Origin: Lingula anatina
Lineage: Eukaryota > Animalia > Brachiopoda
DNA length: 64,000 nt
Assembly (NCBI GenBank): GCA_051362555.1
Contig: CM120647.1
Coordinates: forward strand, 13,802,651 to 13,866,650
Reading direction: 5' to 3'
The translations under genes and the position numbers were made by a program. The number at the start of each line of letters is the position of its first letter. Positions within the stretch are counted from its first letter, which is position 1. This document shows, piece after piece, positions 21,801-34,800 of the stretch. Below the pieces are notes generated by a model. That model searched no databases and was not told the origin of the DNA. It saw nothing but the letters and a program-made list of their open reading frames with translations.

Positions 21801-23237
21801 ACGAATAAAAATGTTTATGATCTTACGTAGCCATGGTATGTGAAGTGAAAACAGTCTACCCAAACACCGAGTTTACGTGGACGGAGGCCAGGGCCGGCCT
21901 ATCCAGTGACCAACTTAAACCTTATGACGTCAGCAAATACGTCACGCTAGACTGCAAGTAAGATTTGACGTCATATCTTGTTTCGGGATCGTAAAGGGGT
22001 GTGGTAGTGGTTTTATTAGTAGTATTTTTTTGTCTGGTAAGGGGTTGTTTTCAATAATGTTAAATTATAGAGCATGCAGAAATATTCGAAGACTTGGACA
22101 GTAACAAATGGAGACAGCTTTCGTATCATTTGCGCAAAATGCTTATAATAATCCTACTAGCACCTCCTTTCTTCTTCTTTTACCCTTTTTTTTATTTTTT
22201 TCTTCTTATTCTTTTTCTCTCGTCACACATTTTTTATAAATGCATGTTATAATTTCAATGAAAAAGAAAACTCTGCCCTTCCTCAAAATATGATTTCTCT
22301 CTCTCTCTCCCTCTCTCTCTCCATCGTGGCAAAGGTAACAGCACCTTTTTGTTTTATCTCTGATCATTTCAGACCACAGGGGAGTAGGTACGGGGCCACC
22401 TTTCGCACAGGAGAGCTCAGCAGATATGGGGCTGGAATGGCAGGCGTCGACGGAAATCTGACATTAACAACGTCCCGTAAAACTGATTACATATCGGTGA
22501 GTTTTACAAATTAACATTCCTTAGGGCTCATTGCCAATTACGCTATAGTTCTACGTAGATCGAACCAACTTCCCGTGTACTCTTGCTGAATTCAATCCGA
22601 TTAACAGATTGACGTGCTTCCTCTCAGTGTTGAGTAGAATACAGAAAAACTCGTAATTGTACGAATGTTTTGGAAGCAAGAGGAGGAGTGTTAATCTGTT
22701 AACCTGATCGCATTTTGTAACTCCGCGGAGTTGGATCGATCTACGTAGAGCAAAAGTTTCATCGGGAATGAGCCCCGAATTTTTCTTTAATTTACTTTTT
22801 GATTATTTGTATTATTTTATATAATCTTATAATTCAAACTTTTCTGTACTGCCAGGTGAACCACTGCCGTTACAAGAAGGAGTCTGACGTCTGTGGGACA
22901 GTTACCCTTAACTACCAACATCTTTACGTCACCACTCAGAAACCTGCCTGGGAGTTCGCCAAAGCCGAGCAAGACTGTATGTAAGTATAGACAATTTATA
23001 CATTCAACTTGATGTAAATATCATCTTCTCTTTTTGTTTTTCTTTCAAGAATCACTAACCTAATTAACGTACTTCCGGTTTAAATATATGAACATTTTCC
23101 ACAGGTGCCCCCGTGACAGCATCTGCCCGATAGAAAAGTGGGTCAAGGACGTCCACACCGGTAACGTCACCGACTTGACGCCTCGCTACAATGGTCCGGT
23201 TACCGTCACGATCCGCTGCCAGAAGAAGCCAGAATAA
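16487..23237 (+). CDS. Secreted Cys-rich protein with two tandem Argos/giant-lens-like modules, about 546 aa, 11 exons
   Basis: Exons 16487-16591, 17017-17469, 18038-18153, 18475-18640, 18857-18892, 20388-20474 (or -20465), 20738-20906, 21831-21957, 22373-22496, 22856-22980, 23105-23237. All GT-AG and phase-compatible, 1641 nt with no internal stop. Signal peptide; motifs LPTCTPTQVCSEV, FCKCP, HTCGAPSPVPYC, SCRCP, CRCPGGNTC, then LPQCSHPNQLCSVV, YCRCS, YHTC, CMCPRDSICP parallel the Argos cysteine pattern. Confidence 0.8.
17847..18005. mobile_element. MITE family with GCATTCAGAACAGC terminal inverted repeat
   Basis: gcattcagaacagc...gttgttctgaatgc. Related copies at about 32550-32680, 44080-44200, 55662-55887 and 63699-63858 share cggatcaaatatggccga. 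Confidence 0.7.
19888..20282 (+). mobile_element. Non-autonomous Helentron/DINE-like element (HINE)
   Basis: 5' ttac..aagaggttatgttttcaccc, (gttt)n microsatellite, internal tandem gatccggatcaataatcaatc, 3' gccttggcggaggtctgcgctctctgagtgcttttcta. Confidence 0.75.
20926..21096. mobile_element. MITE with CAGGGGCGGATT terminal inverted repeats
   Basis: caggggcggatt...aatccgcccctg, flanked by ctatg on both sides; same family as 3621-3730. Confidence 0.8.
22524..22775. mobile_element. PIF/Harbinger-like MITE
   Basis: Inverted ends gggctcatt...ctacgtagatcga / tcgatctacgtag...aatgagccc, preceded by TTA. Confidence 0.7.
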
Positions 23238-25297
23238 ACATGACGCCAGATAGGACATCTGATTTATTGTGACCAGGTTACATGTCATGCTTGCCGTACC
23301 GCTACTATGACTAATTAAGTGCACTTCACAGTCTGGCAACTGTAGTGAAAAGATAGAAAGTGAGATCAAATGAGAGAGATAAACCTAATTTATTTGTTAA
23401 TTTTTTTCATTTATGGCTTTATCTATTTCTTTTAGATATATTTGCTTTTCGACTCAGTCACAATGTTGGTTGAGAGTACTTCATGTATGTTTCAGGATTG
23501 AGCAAGAGGATACCGACCATCTTCAACGGCACTTTTAATGTTAATAATATGATATGATAATCGCTTTCTGAAAAAAAATGTTAATCAAGCATTCAAGAGA
23601 ACAATTGTCAGACACCAATAATACTAAAACAAACCTATTGTATTATTAAATAAGTTGAAATTTAATTTTTTCCACTATTTTGGTGCCACAACAGTAGCAG
23701 AAGCAAAAGCTGTCTTGTCCCTGAATATGTAATTTATGCATTTGGCTCATGAGCAAACACGGAGGGATTCAATTTTTTACTAAGGCAAGGACACACACAT
23801 ATATATTTCATAATTCGCTCGGCACCATTGCCTGATAGAATGTTACCCCTTATGGTGGTCACCACTGTGGGATCTGTTGGTCGAAATGATACACTTTAAG
23901 TTTATATGGCACGGTGCCAGCCAGTCAAAAAGACTGTTGGTGCCATATTGCTGGTATTGATTACATCCAGGTACATGTATGTATATATTGTTTATTTGGT
24001 AAAGCAATATGTTATTTGAGACGGCCTAAAACTGGTCTACAGTATGGGAGGTGTTGTGTTTTTTTAAGGAATGGCCAAAAACAGTACACTGCAATGTTAA
24101 ACAATGACACTGCTGCAAAATAATAATAATAATAATAATGATAATAATGATAATAATAATAAATAAATAAATAAATAGTTAAATAAATAAGTAAAAATAA
24201 AATTAAAACAAAAATAAAAATGAAAATAAAAAAGCAGTGTTTGTTGCCCCACATGTCCAGTTAAGTGACGCCCACGTGCACCCTGCGCCCACCTTTGGGT
24301 GTGCCATTAAGTCCGGTCGATGACTATTAAAAACTAAATATTATCTATCAAACAAACTCACGGAGACGACAACGTGCCATTACCGGCTAATCGTGCTTAA
24401 TTGGTCAACAGAATAAATAGGGTTAATGTTTGTGAAACAAAGTGACAATAGCCAATCAATGTATTAAGTAACACCACTGATCAATGTGTCGTTGGTAACT
24501 GAGCTCGTCAAATCGATATTGTAAAAATTAAGATAAAATAAAACCGCTCATTGAGTATTTAATGCGCTACCCACCAGCCACGCGTAGAATGCTTTCAGAT
24601 CTGTCTCGGGGAATGTGATTTAGACCTTGAGGTAAGTTTTAATTAGTAAGGCCCTCTTCACAAGGAATTACATCGTTACAACTACTTTGTGCGGCATCAG
24701 ATTTAAACGTCATTTTGGTTCAGCCGATAGTGAAATCACCCATGTGAAACAAGTTAGACGGGGCAATCTGCCGTCTGTACTTTGTGTTACAAAATCGATG
24801 AACTGCAAATTAATATTGTCATAAAAACTGAGCGATAGATTTCTTTTCTCAGCTAAGAGGAAAGCAATTGGGAGAAGAGCAAAAGTTAGTAAATCACGTA
24901 TTGAGGCAATCTCAAGTACTGTGACATATTTTCAGTCCGTTATTTTCTCTGGAGCCGAGGCAAACTCTTGATGGACTTTGCTTGGTTGTCAGAAAAAATA
25001 TAATTGTTGTGCGGCAAATCTAAGAACCCATAGTTGCTAAAAAAGGGACAGACAATCTAACGTCACAAACCATTTTGTGTTTTATACCTAAACTGGACAA
25101 AAAATAAGGAACAAAGATTGCCATAGAGCCTGCTCTACACACAAAAAGCTGCAAGGATTAAAATAAAACTGGTTATCAAATTATTTGACTGACTGAATGA
25201 ACATTTGATAGTCGCTTTATCGGGAATAAAGACAGTTGCAATGCGTGCACATGAAAGCCAGTTGGATTCATATAGCGCAAGGATACTTGGATTCAAA

Positions 25298-26797
25298 ATG
25301 GACGCGAAAAAAAGTAAAACCACCAAGAGCACAATGACAAAAGTGCACGACATCTCCACCGCGCAAGCCAACGTGGATAGTGAGAAAGAAGGCCCGGATG
25401 CAAAATCCCACTGCTTGACTTTCGTCAACGAAGTCAGCATCCTTGGCGTCAAATATGTCACCAATCAAAACCTCGCTTTGCTTCGAAGAATTATCTGGCT
25501 CTGCTTCGTTCTGGCTGGTTTCGGCTTCTTGATCTACCACCTTCACAACCGGATTTCGTACTTTTACCGATATCCCTCATCAGTCAATATCGAACTGAAT
25601 TACCCGGATTCCATCCCGTTTCCGTCTGTGACCATTTGCAATAATAACAGGTTCCGAAAGAGTAGTTTAAACGCTTCTGGGGAATTGGACGTAGGGTACC
25701 TGTATACGACACCCAATACGCAAACCACACGAAATCTGACCGGTTATAACTGGACGGAATTTTACCGGACCCATGGTCATCAAGCAGAGCAGATGTTAGG
25801 GGCCCCTGGGGTAAGGCACCTCCTCTAACACCGGTCTGACGAAACTGAGGGTTCGTGTAACAGAGAGTTCCATTTAATTATACAGGTTAGGGTTAACCTG
25901 ACGTAAGTGTGTCAAAATCTAAGGTGAGGCTTACCTGTGAAAATTGTTGGAAACCGAACTCTCTATCATTTGGGACTCTCTGTCACGTCACACCGGTCGT
26001 GCGACCACGTGGAGAACGGATGTTTGGTACTTTACAAATATTTGATAGCTAACATCAAATTCATACATCTGTGGGGGTGAACTTTTTATATTGCAGCCTT
26101 TTTTATATACACATTAATGAGAGTTGGCCAATCGAGGTTCTCCTAGCGGTCGCAATCCCGTTGTAACAGGCTTTTTTTACCTGTACACATATTAACAGAT
26201 TTATGTGATACATACATGGATCATTTCAAACGCAGTTGCATGTATGACTAAATCATGTAGGACTATATCATACATGCAACTAGAAAAGTACTCAGAGAGC
26301 CCAGACCTCCACCAAGAAATATAATTACCTCCAACAAGGAGGTTATGTATTCACCCCTGTTTGTTTGCTTGTTTGTTTGTTTGTTTGTCTGTCTGACTGA
26401 CTGTCTGTCTGTCTGTCATCAACATATGGGCCAATAAACAGATGATTAGTTTTTTGTGGTGATCCGGATAAATCAATAATAAAAAAATTATTATAGAATG
26501 AAAATTTAGGGGTGAAACGGCATTGGGTGTAGACTTTGCTGCCTTGGCGGAGGTCTGCGCTCTCGTTGACTAATGATCAATCATTAATGGATTAATGGAT
26601 CATCTCTAAAATCGAATAACTTTTAAATTCGCCCATTTCTTCTTGAGGTATCCTGGACATTTCAACAAAACCCATTACACCGGTGACGAACAAACAGACA
26701 TATAGACAGAAAGACAGGCAAACGGTGGTGAAAACATAACGTCCTTGGCGAAGGTGAACAGTGGTCGAAACAGTTCATATGATGTGAACTGGCGAAT

Positions 26798-26838
<41 letters not shown>

Positions 26839-29668
26839 ATTATATTATTATTATTATTATAATCATTTTTCTATTTTTTTTACTCAGGCCTGCCGGTGGA
26901 ACGGAAGATATTGCTCCCCCTCACAGTTCACTGAAGTCATCACAGATTTGGGCTTATGTTTTACATTTAATCACGGTAAGTTATCCTTTAAGTATTGCCA
27001 TTTTTTATGCTTGCTATGTATGGTCCGGATATTTTCTAAGACCCCATTCCCACAGATTTTAGATCGATCCATCCCTGTGGGGAGTCTCACTATATTACTG
27101 TCACCTTAGCCGGCTTAAATGTCCGTCCCGCCTACTTAAAGCTGTAAGGGGGTAATTAATTACCGTGCGCGCTTGGCTGACAGCAATTTAGCGTGAACCC
27201 CCAGGGAGTTAGGTCGATCTAGATGGATCGATCTAAATCTATGGAATGCACTCTAAGGGTAGGGTGGCTAGTTTAATCATGCTTTGCTTACCCAGTTGAT
27301 TATAATGTAAGAATAAGGTAATTAGTTAGATTATGCTATGATTACATTATTTTGTAAAAGTTAAGTAGGTAGTTAAATATTTTACCGCTTTCTATGACTA
27401 ATGCAATAACACAAAACCAAGCAAAGCAATCCTCGTGATTTTGCAAAAATTTAATCGACCACATGCATGCATGCATGCGTATTACTATTATATCTTTGAT
27501 GTCAAGACCAGCGAAGACCTAAATAATATATTTAAAGTCTCCTGTGCTGATCCTGTCTTGGCACTTCCCAGCATAAACCCCTTGGATGTAACGGTAGATA
27601 CATCACACGCACGAAATGATAGACAAAGTGTAGGTCACCAAACTTAACGCGAAATAGAGGAGATAATTGAAGAGGCGTACAGCCGTGTGATTTTGTCTTG
27701 GCACTCTCCAACGTAAACACTATTGGGTGTAACGGTAGACACGCACGAAATGATAGATAAAGTGCATGTCACCGAACTTAACGTGAAATAGAGGAGATAA
27801 TTGAAGAGGCGTACAGCCGTGTGATTTTGTCTTGGCACTCTCCAACGTAAACACTATTGGGTGTAACGGTAGACACGCACGAAATGATAGACAAAGTGTA
27901 GGTCACCAAACTTAACGCGAAATAGAGGAGATAAGTGAAGAGGCGTGCAACCGTAGACGTTATTGTACGGTGGAATAGCTGAGAAATAACGGAGATGAAA
28001 TTAAATTGGTATCAAACGCTATTTCTTTGTGTTTTCTTGATTTTGTGACAGCTTTACATTTATTGTATGTTTTACAAATGTCGTTTCCAACTAGTTGAAA
28101 TTTATCAATACATGCACAAGCTTAATCAGTATGAACCATATCCTCCATAATGTACTTCACTTTTGCAAAAGATTTGTCCACATTCAAATCTTTTCAGGTA
28201 CATAATGCACATATCAAATACCCAGGCTTAAACACCAGATTTCAATACTGTAATAGACCATCAACTTGAAGTTATAGGTTATCGCTTTAATCCAACACTA
28301 ATGGCTTAAGTCACATACATTTCAATATTCAGATAACTACACTAAACACATACGTGAGTAGGGTATAAGTTTAAGTACAGCTAATTAATCGACAATCAAT
28401 TACATTAAACAGCCAGGCGTGTCGCAAGCCTACTTTGTTGTATTGTAAGTTTCAAAAAAGCCTCTAGGAGCACGAAACTAGAAGTTTACTGTGTTTTTTT
28501 TCGGACGTTAAATATGATCTACTTCAGTGAATTATAAGACCATAGTTTTCCACTGTAATTAAACAAGTTATCAACGGGAAACAATAACGACATCTTCCCA
28601 TTTATAAAATTGGAGTTACATTGGGTTTAAATGGACTGCTACTGATCTATCTACTTGTCTGCCGTTATGACAAAATAGTCAATGGCCCCATGGCTACTAC
28701 ATAAAATAGACGTATTTTCAGCGGCCTGTCCGTGAAATTTTCGTAGTCCGATTGCAAGCATTTTTATTGTCCCTTTCAGTGATTTGAACTTATTTAGCTA
28801 AGCATTATTTTCAGGGGACACTGGTCTGCAAACCAAAATCATTGGGTCAACGTTTGGTCTCACGTTGATTCTGAACACTGAACAGTATGACTATCTGGAT
28901 ACGACGTTTAACGCCGGATTCACAGTGAGTATATACTGTTCAAAGTGTGAAGAATTTCAGCAAGGTATGTGAATGTTTTTACAAAACTGATTTTCAACGA
29001 AAGTCAACGTTGTATTGGCCCGGGATGTTCTTAAACCGCGAAAATGTCATTACCAAAGTACCGCAAGATGTGAGGTGCACTACAGCTGGAATATCGTCCG
29101 TAGCTTTTCCACCTTATGCATGGCTCACTACATGTTAATACTTTGCAAACGCAGATTTGGATTGGATATATGCTTGATTATTGCGTAGGCATCTTCACTT
29201 GCCCATCTGAGTTTGCCTTATAACATAAATAAATTAATAAATACTTAAATAAAAACAAGACATAAACAACATGAATTTGTTTCAAAATTCGATTTAAAAT
29301 CTCGTGTCAAGATTATAAACCTTGCGACCCTATGGAGCCTCGTTTTCGTTTCAGATTCTTCCTCATCACCCTGACAACACCCCCTATGTTGATAACCTAG
29401 GGTTTCAGATCGCACCAGGAGAATTTGTGAGCGTTGGCTTGTCACAGACTAAGGTGCGTGGGTTTGGAGTCCATAAAGGCAAACAGCATGTACAATCGTT
29501 AGTCCATAAATGATGGATATTGCATCGCTTTTACTTTGTTAACTGTGGAACACCACAGACAGGATACAAAACCCTTCACAAAATTAGGATCCATAACTAC
29601 TTTTTTAGTTCTGAATTATGTGTTCTTGAGTCTCACTTATTTTTACTTAAAATGTTAAAGAAACATAA

Positions 29669-29725
<57 letters not shown>

Positions 29726-30937
29726 AATGCTTTCAGTTTTAATTTCCCCTCGTATCTCTACACCTATTCTTTGAAATGTTTGGAGACGTATGCATGTGTT
29801 ATGCCTTTTACAATAAAACCTTAGTACCAGGTGAGGCATTTGTGATGCGCTTTTTTCCTTCGAATTATCATAGAGTGTACATTACTGACAAACATACTAG
29901 ATGCGCCGCCTAGTTTACATATTTTAGTGAAGGTATGCATTTCTGACCTTTGTCTGTGTGCCAGTATTTATGTTCGTGTTTTTACATACTGCATTTCTTA
30001 AAACATTTTTACAGATACAGAATTTGCCTCCACCTTACGGAAAGTGTACGGACAAACATCTGGCGTATTATTCTCCCTACACAACTACCCACTGCTTGAC
30101 TGAATGCAGGTAAAATAAGCGTAGTCACACTGAACAGGTTACATTTCCACTAATGATTTTTTTTACATTATTAGACGCAGAATCAACATAAACAGTTGTT
30201 TTTCTATTTTTAGTCAGTTTGACTATAAATGTACTCAAGTAAAACACTTCCTCTAATATTTTGGGTGCTCTCTGAACGCCTTTATTCACCAGATATGTTT
30301 GTGCACTGCATCTTCACTGCTTCTAAAGACTATGCCTAAAACCAAGATGATCATGTGGATTACAGATATCAAAATTTCTGGTTAAAAAAAAAAAAAAAAT
30401 ACCATGTGCGAATGGAATTCAATACATCTAAATTCTGATTCATTATAATAACTTCACAGCTTTTTTTTAAGGTTGAATTTCACGATAAGAAGATGTGGTT
30501 GCCGAGAGACACACATGGTCCCGGTAGACGACGTGCCTGAATGCTCTCCACTCCAGTATTGGGGCTGTATTGTGGGCGCCATATCGGAACTTGCCGATGA
30601 ATATATCAACTGCGCATGCTCTGTCCCGTGCCTTTCATACGATTATGGATACACGATTTCCCACTCAAAAATGTCAAATGCTTTCTCACAAGTTTTATCC
30701 GCAACTTACCCGACATATACCAAGGAGTATTTTTTGGAAAACTACCTCATGTTATCTCTGTATTACACGGAGTTGAATTATCAGCTAATAGAGCAGCAGG
30801 TCGGATACGAGGGACTGGCTCTTTTCGCAGATATAGGTGGCGCTCTGGGACTAGTATTGGGCAGTACCCTGATGACCGGGGCCGAAATAATGGACTTTGT
30901 GATAGCAATGGGGATGGACATTTTGTATCAGAAATAA
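25298..30937 (+). CDS. DEG/ENaC (ASIC-like) ion channel subunit, about 456 aa, 6 coding exons
   Basis: Exons 25298-25810, 26888-26975, 28815-28924, 29355-29453, 30015-30109, 30472-30937, phase-consistent. Motifs RRIIWLCFVLAG (TM1), FPSVTICNNNRFR, CRWNGRYC, TDLGLCFTFN, GLTLILN, GFQIAPG, LPPPYGKC, CGC..CACSVPC thumb, LFADIGGALGLVLGSTLMT (TM2). Possible upstream in-frame ATG at 25241 and a non-coding exon ending at 24631. Confidence 0.93.
26281..26760. mobile_element. Nested or rearranged HINE-like copies in ENaC intron 1
   Basis: Contains both orientations of the 19888-20282 family (tagaaaagtactcagagagc.cagacctcc; ttacctccaacaaggaggttatg; gccttggcggaggtctgcgctctc; gtgaaaacataac). Confidence 0.7.
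27040..27253. mobile_element. PIF/Harbinger-like MITE with TAA target-site duplication
   Basis: taa|gaccccattcc...ggaatgcactc|taa; reverse-orientation copy at 48932-49134. Confidence 0.8.
27555..27955 (+). repeat. Tandem repeat, about 134-140 bp x3
   Basis: Units begin gtcttggcact at 27555, 27695 and 27829. Confidence 0.92.
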
Positions 30938-31895
30938 AGATTGTCTGTAAGAAATGAAGAGCTTTGTGATAACACTAGGGGTGAAGATTCTGTGTCAGAA
31001 CTAATGGGCTCTGTGATGGCACTGAAGATGAAGACTTTGTGTCGTAAATAATGGATTTTGTGATAACCTTGGGAATGAAGATCTTGAGCCAGAAATAAGT
31101 GACAGTGTGTTTGCCACAGTACAGTACAGTACAGTACAGTATTTTATCCACTGGAGAAAAATTATATAAGCTTCACGTACATGTAGATCCAACGCATTAG
31201 GCCCTATACAGTAGGTCTACCAGTAGGCTACATGGAGAGGTCTCTTATTATATACGTCAGCTACCCAGAAAACACATACAATATCATAACGTTAATGTTA
31301 CAAAACGTTCTGTTCTTCTGCTGGGAAGTAAACACACTTACATGTAACTGTATGACTCGAATTTATGAAATGGGAACAATAACTGTTTTATAAAGCTGCT
31401 TACTTAGAATAGTTAAGAGAATTAAAAATCATTTTACTATAAGATGTATTTCGGCACACTAGTATAGGTCTGTACAATACGTGAATGCATTAGCAAATGG
31501 CATAGGCCAACGTAGTTCTTAATCCATCTGTATGTATATCGGATACGGTAAAATTAAATCAAATCCCTCTCTCTTTTCAAGACCCGGATGTACATGCATG
31601 TGTGCTAGTTTCCAGTAGTTCATTTCCCAACAGCTAATTTCCACTGAGCTTACACACTATCAGTATAAAATAAATTTGTGCACTGTAGTTATGTGTCTTT
31701 AAATATTGTAAAATTTACGAGTTATATTCCTCTTGTAAAATGATAATGTTAATTTTATGAGTGCAGCCGCTAAACGTGCTTTCACAAAATATAATTAGCC
31801 CTTCTTGTGATGGGGCCTCCAGCTGGATAGCGTAATGCAAAGTTAATATTTAATTGTGAATTATTACACTTAAATTACGAAGATATACAGTTGGG

Positions 31896-34800
31896 CTAGC
31901 AGAAGTGAACGTAGTCCCCGTTCGGTAAAACAGATGGCAGTTTATACCTGGGGTTGGTCAAGAGAAAGTAAAGTTCAGGGAGTTTGGTCCTCACCAGCTT
32001 CTTTGTACACAATTCCCACTCGTCGGAAATGGTCTTGCATCTTTTCCTCTGTGCTCCAAGGATGGACGTGAGGCCCCAGTAAAAGAATTCCGTAAGAAGA
32101 CATTCAAAATCACAGGTTGGATCTCCAAAGTGATACAGGCCAGTGCAGTTTGGATATCTGAAAATTGTGTTGAGAACAAAATCATCGAAATTATCAAAAC
32201 GATGTTTTGTGAGAATTTATTTAAATCAGGAATTGTGAATATCGTAGTGTTCTGTTTGATTGTGTCGCCATGGGTAAATTGTACTTTTTTAATTAAAATG
32301 TGTCACGGTTGATTAGCTTTTCGTTTTTCTCTTATTTTTCTAACCTAAGCTTTTGAGAGTGTCATGAATAAACGCATGAGTTTTCATGTCAATGGGACCT
32401 ACAGCACCTGTTTCGTCACGGGATTATGCTTTAAGTACCTCATGAAGGTTAAAAATAATAAAAAAAATAATAAACTTATTCTTCCAAAATATGTTTTTGA
32501 TGTAGTTTGTGCATAGAAGTAATTTGCTTGTCGGTATTCAAATGTTGTGATCAAGTATATGGCCGCTTTCCCAACAGCGGACTAACAAGTCCGCGGATCA
32601 AAGTTTGCCGACCCAGTTGAATGCTTGTTGCGTAATCTCCGCTGGGAATATACATGTATTCAGTGTTTGCGGTATTAGGGGACTTGTATTCATTTTACAG
32701 CGCACAGCGGACGACTCGTGTTGTAGGGCCTACCTAGTACAAGTACCAAAATATGAAACCTGATTTGAGGGAAAATCATTTACCTGAATGTATGATTGAA
32801 TGCAAAGCCACAGTCCTTTATAGCCTTGAGCATAGCCTTGCCCAGAAGAGATGTGTCATTCTGTGCAAACTGTTCAGGGAAAGCATATGTTATGCCAATA
32901 TCTTGGATGAGGTGGAGAATCTCTTCAAGAGATTCGTCGAACTCAGAACTATGTTCCTCTGGTGGATGGATTTCATTGGCCTCCAGGTCTTGGAACATGT
33001 ATTTCCTGAGAGAAAATAAAAAGTTAAATCAAAGCGAAAAGTACCACTGACTTGTTGACATTTGATAAATAACTTTAAGGAATTCATTAGACTTGCTATA
33101 AATCCGCTATGATTATTCTCCTATTTCATAGCGGGACTTCTATTGTATTTTAATGTGTATTTTAAGAGATATCTTGGGACATAAGATTAATCCATAGGTC
33201 AAAGCACATCAGTGCTTGAAAAATTATTTGTAGTGTGTTTTCGCATCCACATACCCTTCCGTTGCTTTCTCGACTTGTTCAATCTTGGCGTTCATTTCCG
33301 CTTGGTCTCTGAAACAGCGACAGTATTTAATTAATTGCTTGCGTCGCTACCTCGTATACATGTAGCACAATACACAATGTGTATGGGCCTGTAGAGCCGT
33401 ATGCTAATCAACTGAATACCAATCCACAACGAAGAGCAATATCCCCTTGAACACTGGCAACTTACATGAATGCGGTATATTTGTTGTCTCTTAATCCGAA
33501 TATAAGGCAATATTCATACTCTCAATAACACGTACAAGAGAGCTCCGGGGGGCAGGTTGTATATATACAGTGTCATTAAACGATGCTTGTTGGAATAATA
33601 ATAATAATACTTTTATTAGGTCAATCTTATTTTTCAACCATGTTTTTAACCTACAGAGACAGGAATACCCTTTTTATCAACATTAACGACCTAGTACAGG
33701 TACTTTAGTATTATCATAACGCTGAACTTTATTCTTCATTTACAATGACAAAAATATCAACCTGAACATGATCAACGTAGCCCTTCGTTTCACCATGTTC
33801 TTGATCACAGCTGGACTATCCACAAGACCGTCACCATTGTTATCCAGGTACTGGGCCATCACTCCAGCAGCATGGATCATCTTAACATCCGGGAATCCAG
33901 CAGTTGCGACAATATACACGCCAAATACGTTGAGATATTTCGCAAAGAACGGTTTCAGTTCGGGAACAGTGCTTGGCAAACGAGAGATTGTTTTGTTGAC
34001 GCAAGGGATGCTGGGATACTTTATAGTGTTTTGGTTCTGCTTTTGGGCCTTGTGCTGGAACAAAAAGATAGAAGAGGGAGGGATGGGGGAGGGGGAGGAG
34101 GAAAGGGAGGAGGGAGAGGAGTGTAGGGCCACTGAAGAAGAGGACCTCGAGTCAAATAAGGGCCTGAATACACTGAAAGAGAAGTAAGAGAAGGGATGGT
34201 TGATTTTGTCGCCTGCAGGTGTGCTGCACTCATAATTGATCTTTCCTGTCGCTGCGCCTGCGCACACTGCCTTTATGTACTGACACCTGTGTCAAAGTAG
34301 ACAAATAAATATATAAATAAACAATAAACAAAATAAAATAAATCAACGATAAGTTAAAAGAATTACATGTACCATAGATACTGTAAACGTTCGTGTCTAT
34401 GATTGGAAATGAAAACAAACTGCTTGTAATTAAAAATGAATAAATAAATGAATAAATAAAAATAAATAAATAAATAAAACTTGTTTTTATTAAAGCTCTT
34501 GCAGACAGGCTGAGCTACGCTTTAACCATTTTTTCTAATAATTCTAACACGTGTCCTCCATTGACCAGTGGCCACGTTCAGTAAAGGGATGTGGATTTTT
34601 AAGTAGGCATGACGTCATAACTCTGCTGACCTCCTGTAGAAGGCATCGGTCGACCAAGTTACAGGCAGTTCCCATGTTGTTTTCATCACAGCTCAATAAA
34701 ACACATTCACGATAATATCAGTCAACTTGAACTTACTGACTCTGACGCTGTGTAAATAATACTAGGCAGGTGCAGTTGCAACCCGGCCGTTTCTCATTTC

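Noticed and set aside
27555-27955. Tandem repeat considered as a CRISPR-like array or repeated exon
   Set aside because: Units of about 134 bp have no unique spacers, no open frame or consistent splice sites, and the context is eukaryotic; an ordinary minisatellite.
29669-29722. Long poly-A tract as a retrocopy tail
   Set aside because: No upstream retroposed sequence or target-site duplication recognised; a simple homopolymer.
33768-34187. Plus-strand ORF (and its counterpart 39042-39572 minus) conserved between paralogues
   Set aside because: Conservation is explained by the sense-strand zincin-like exons.
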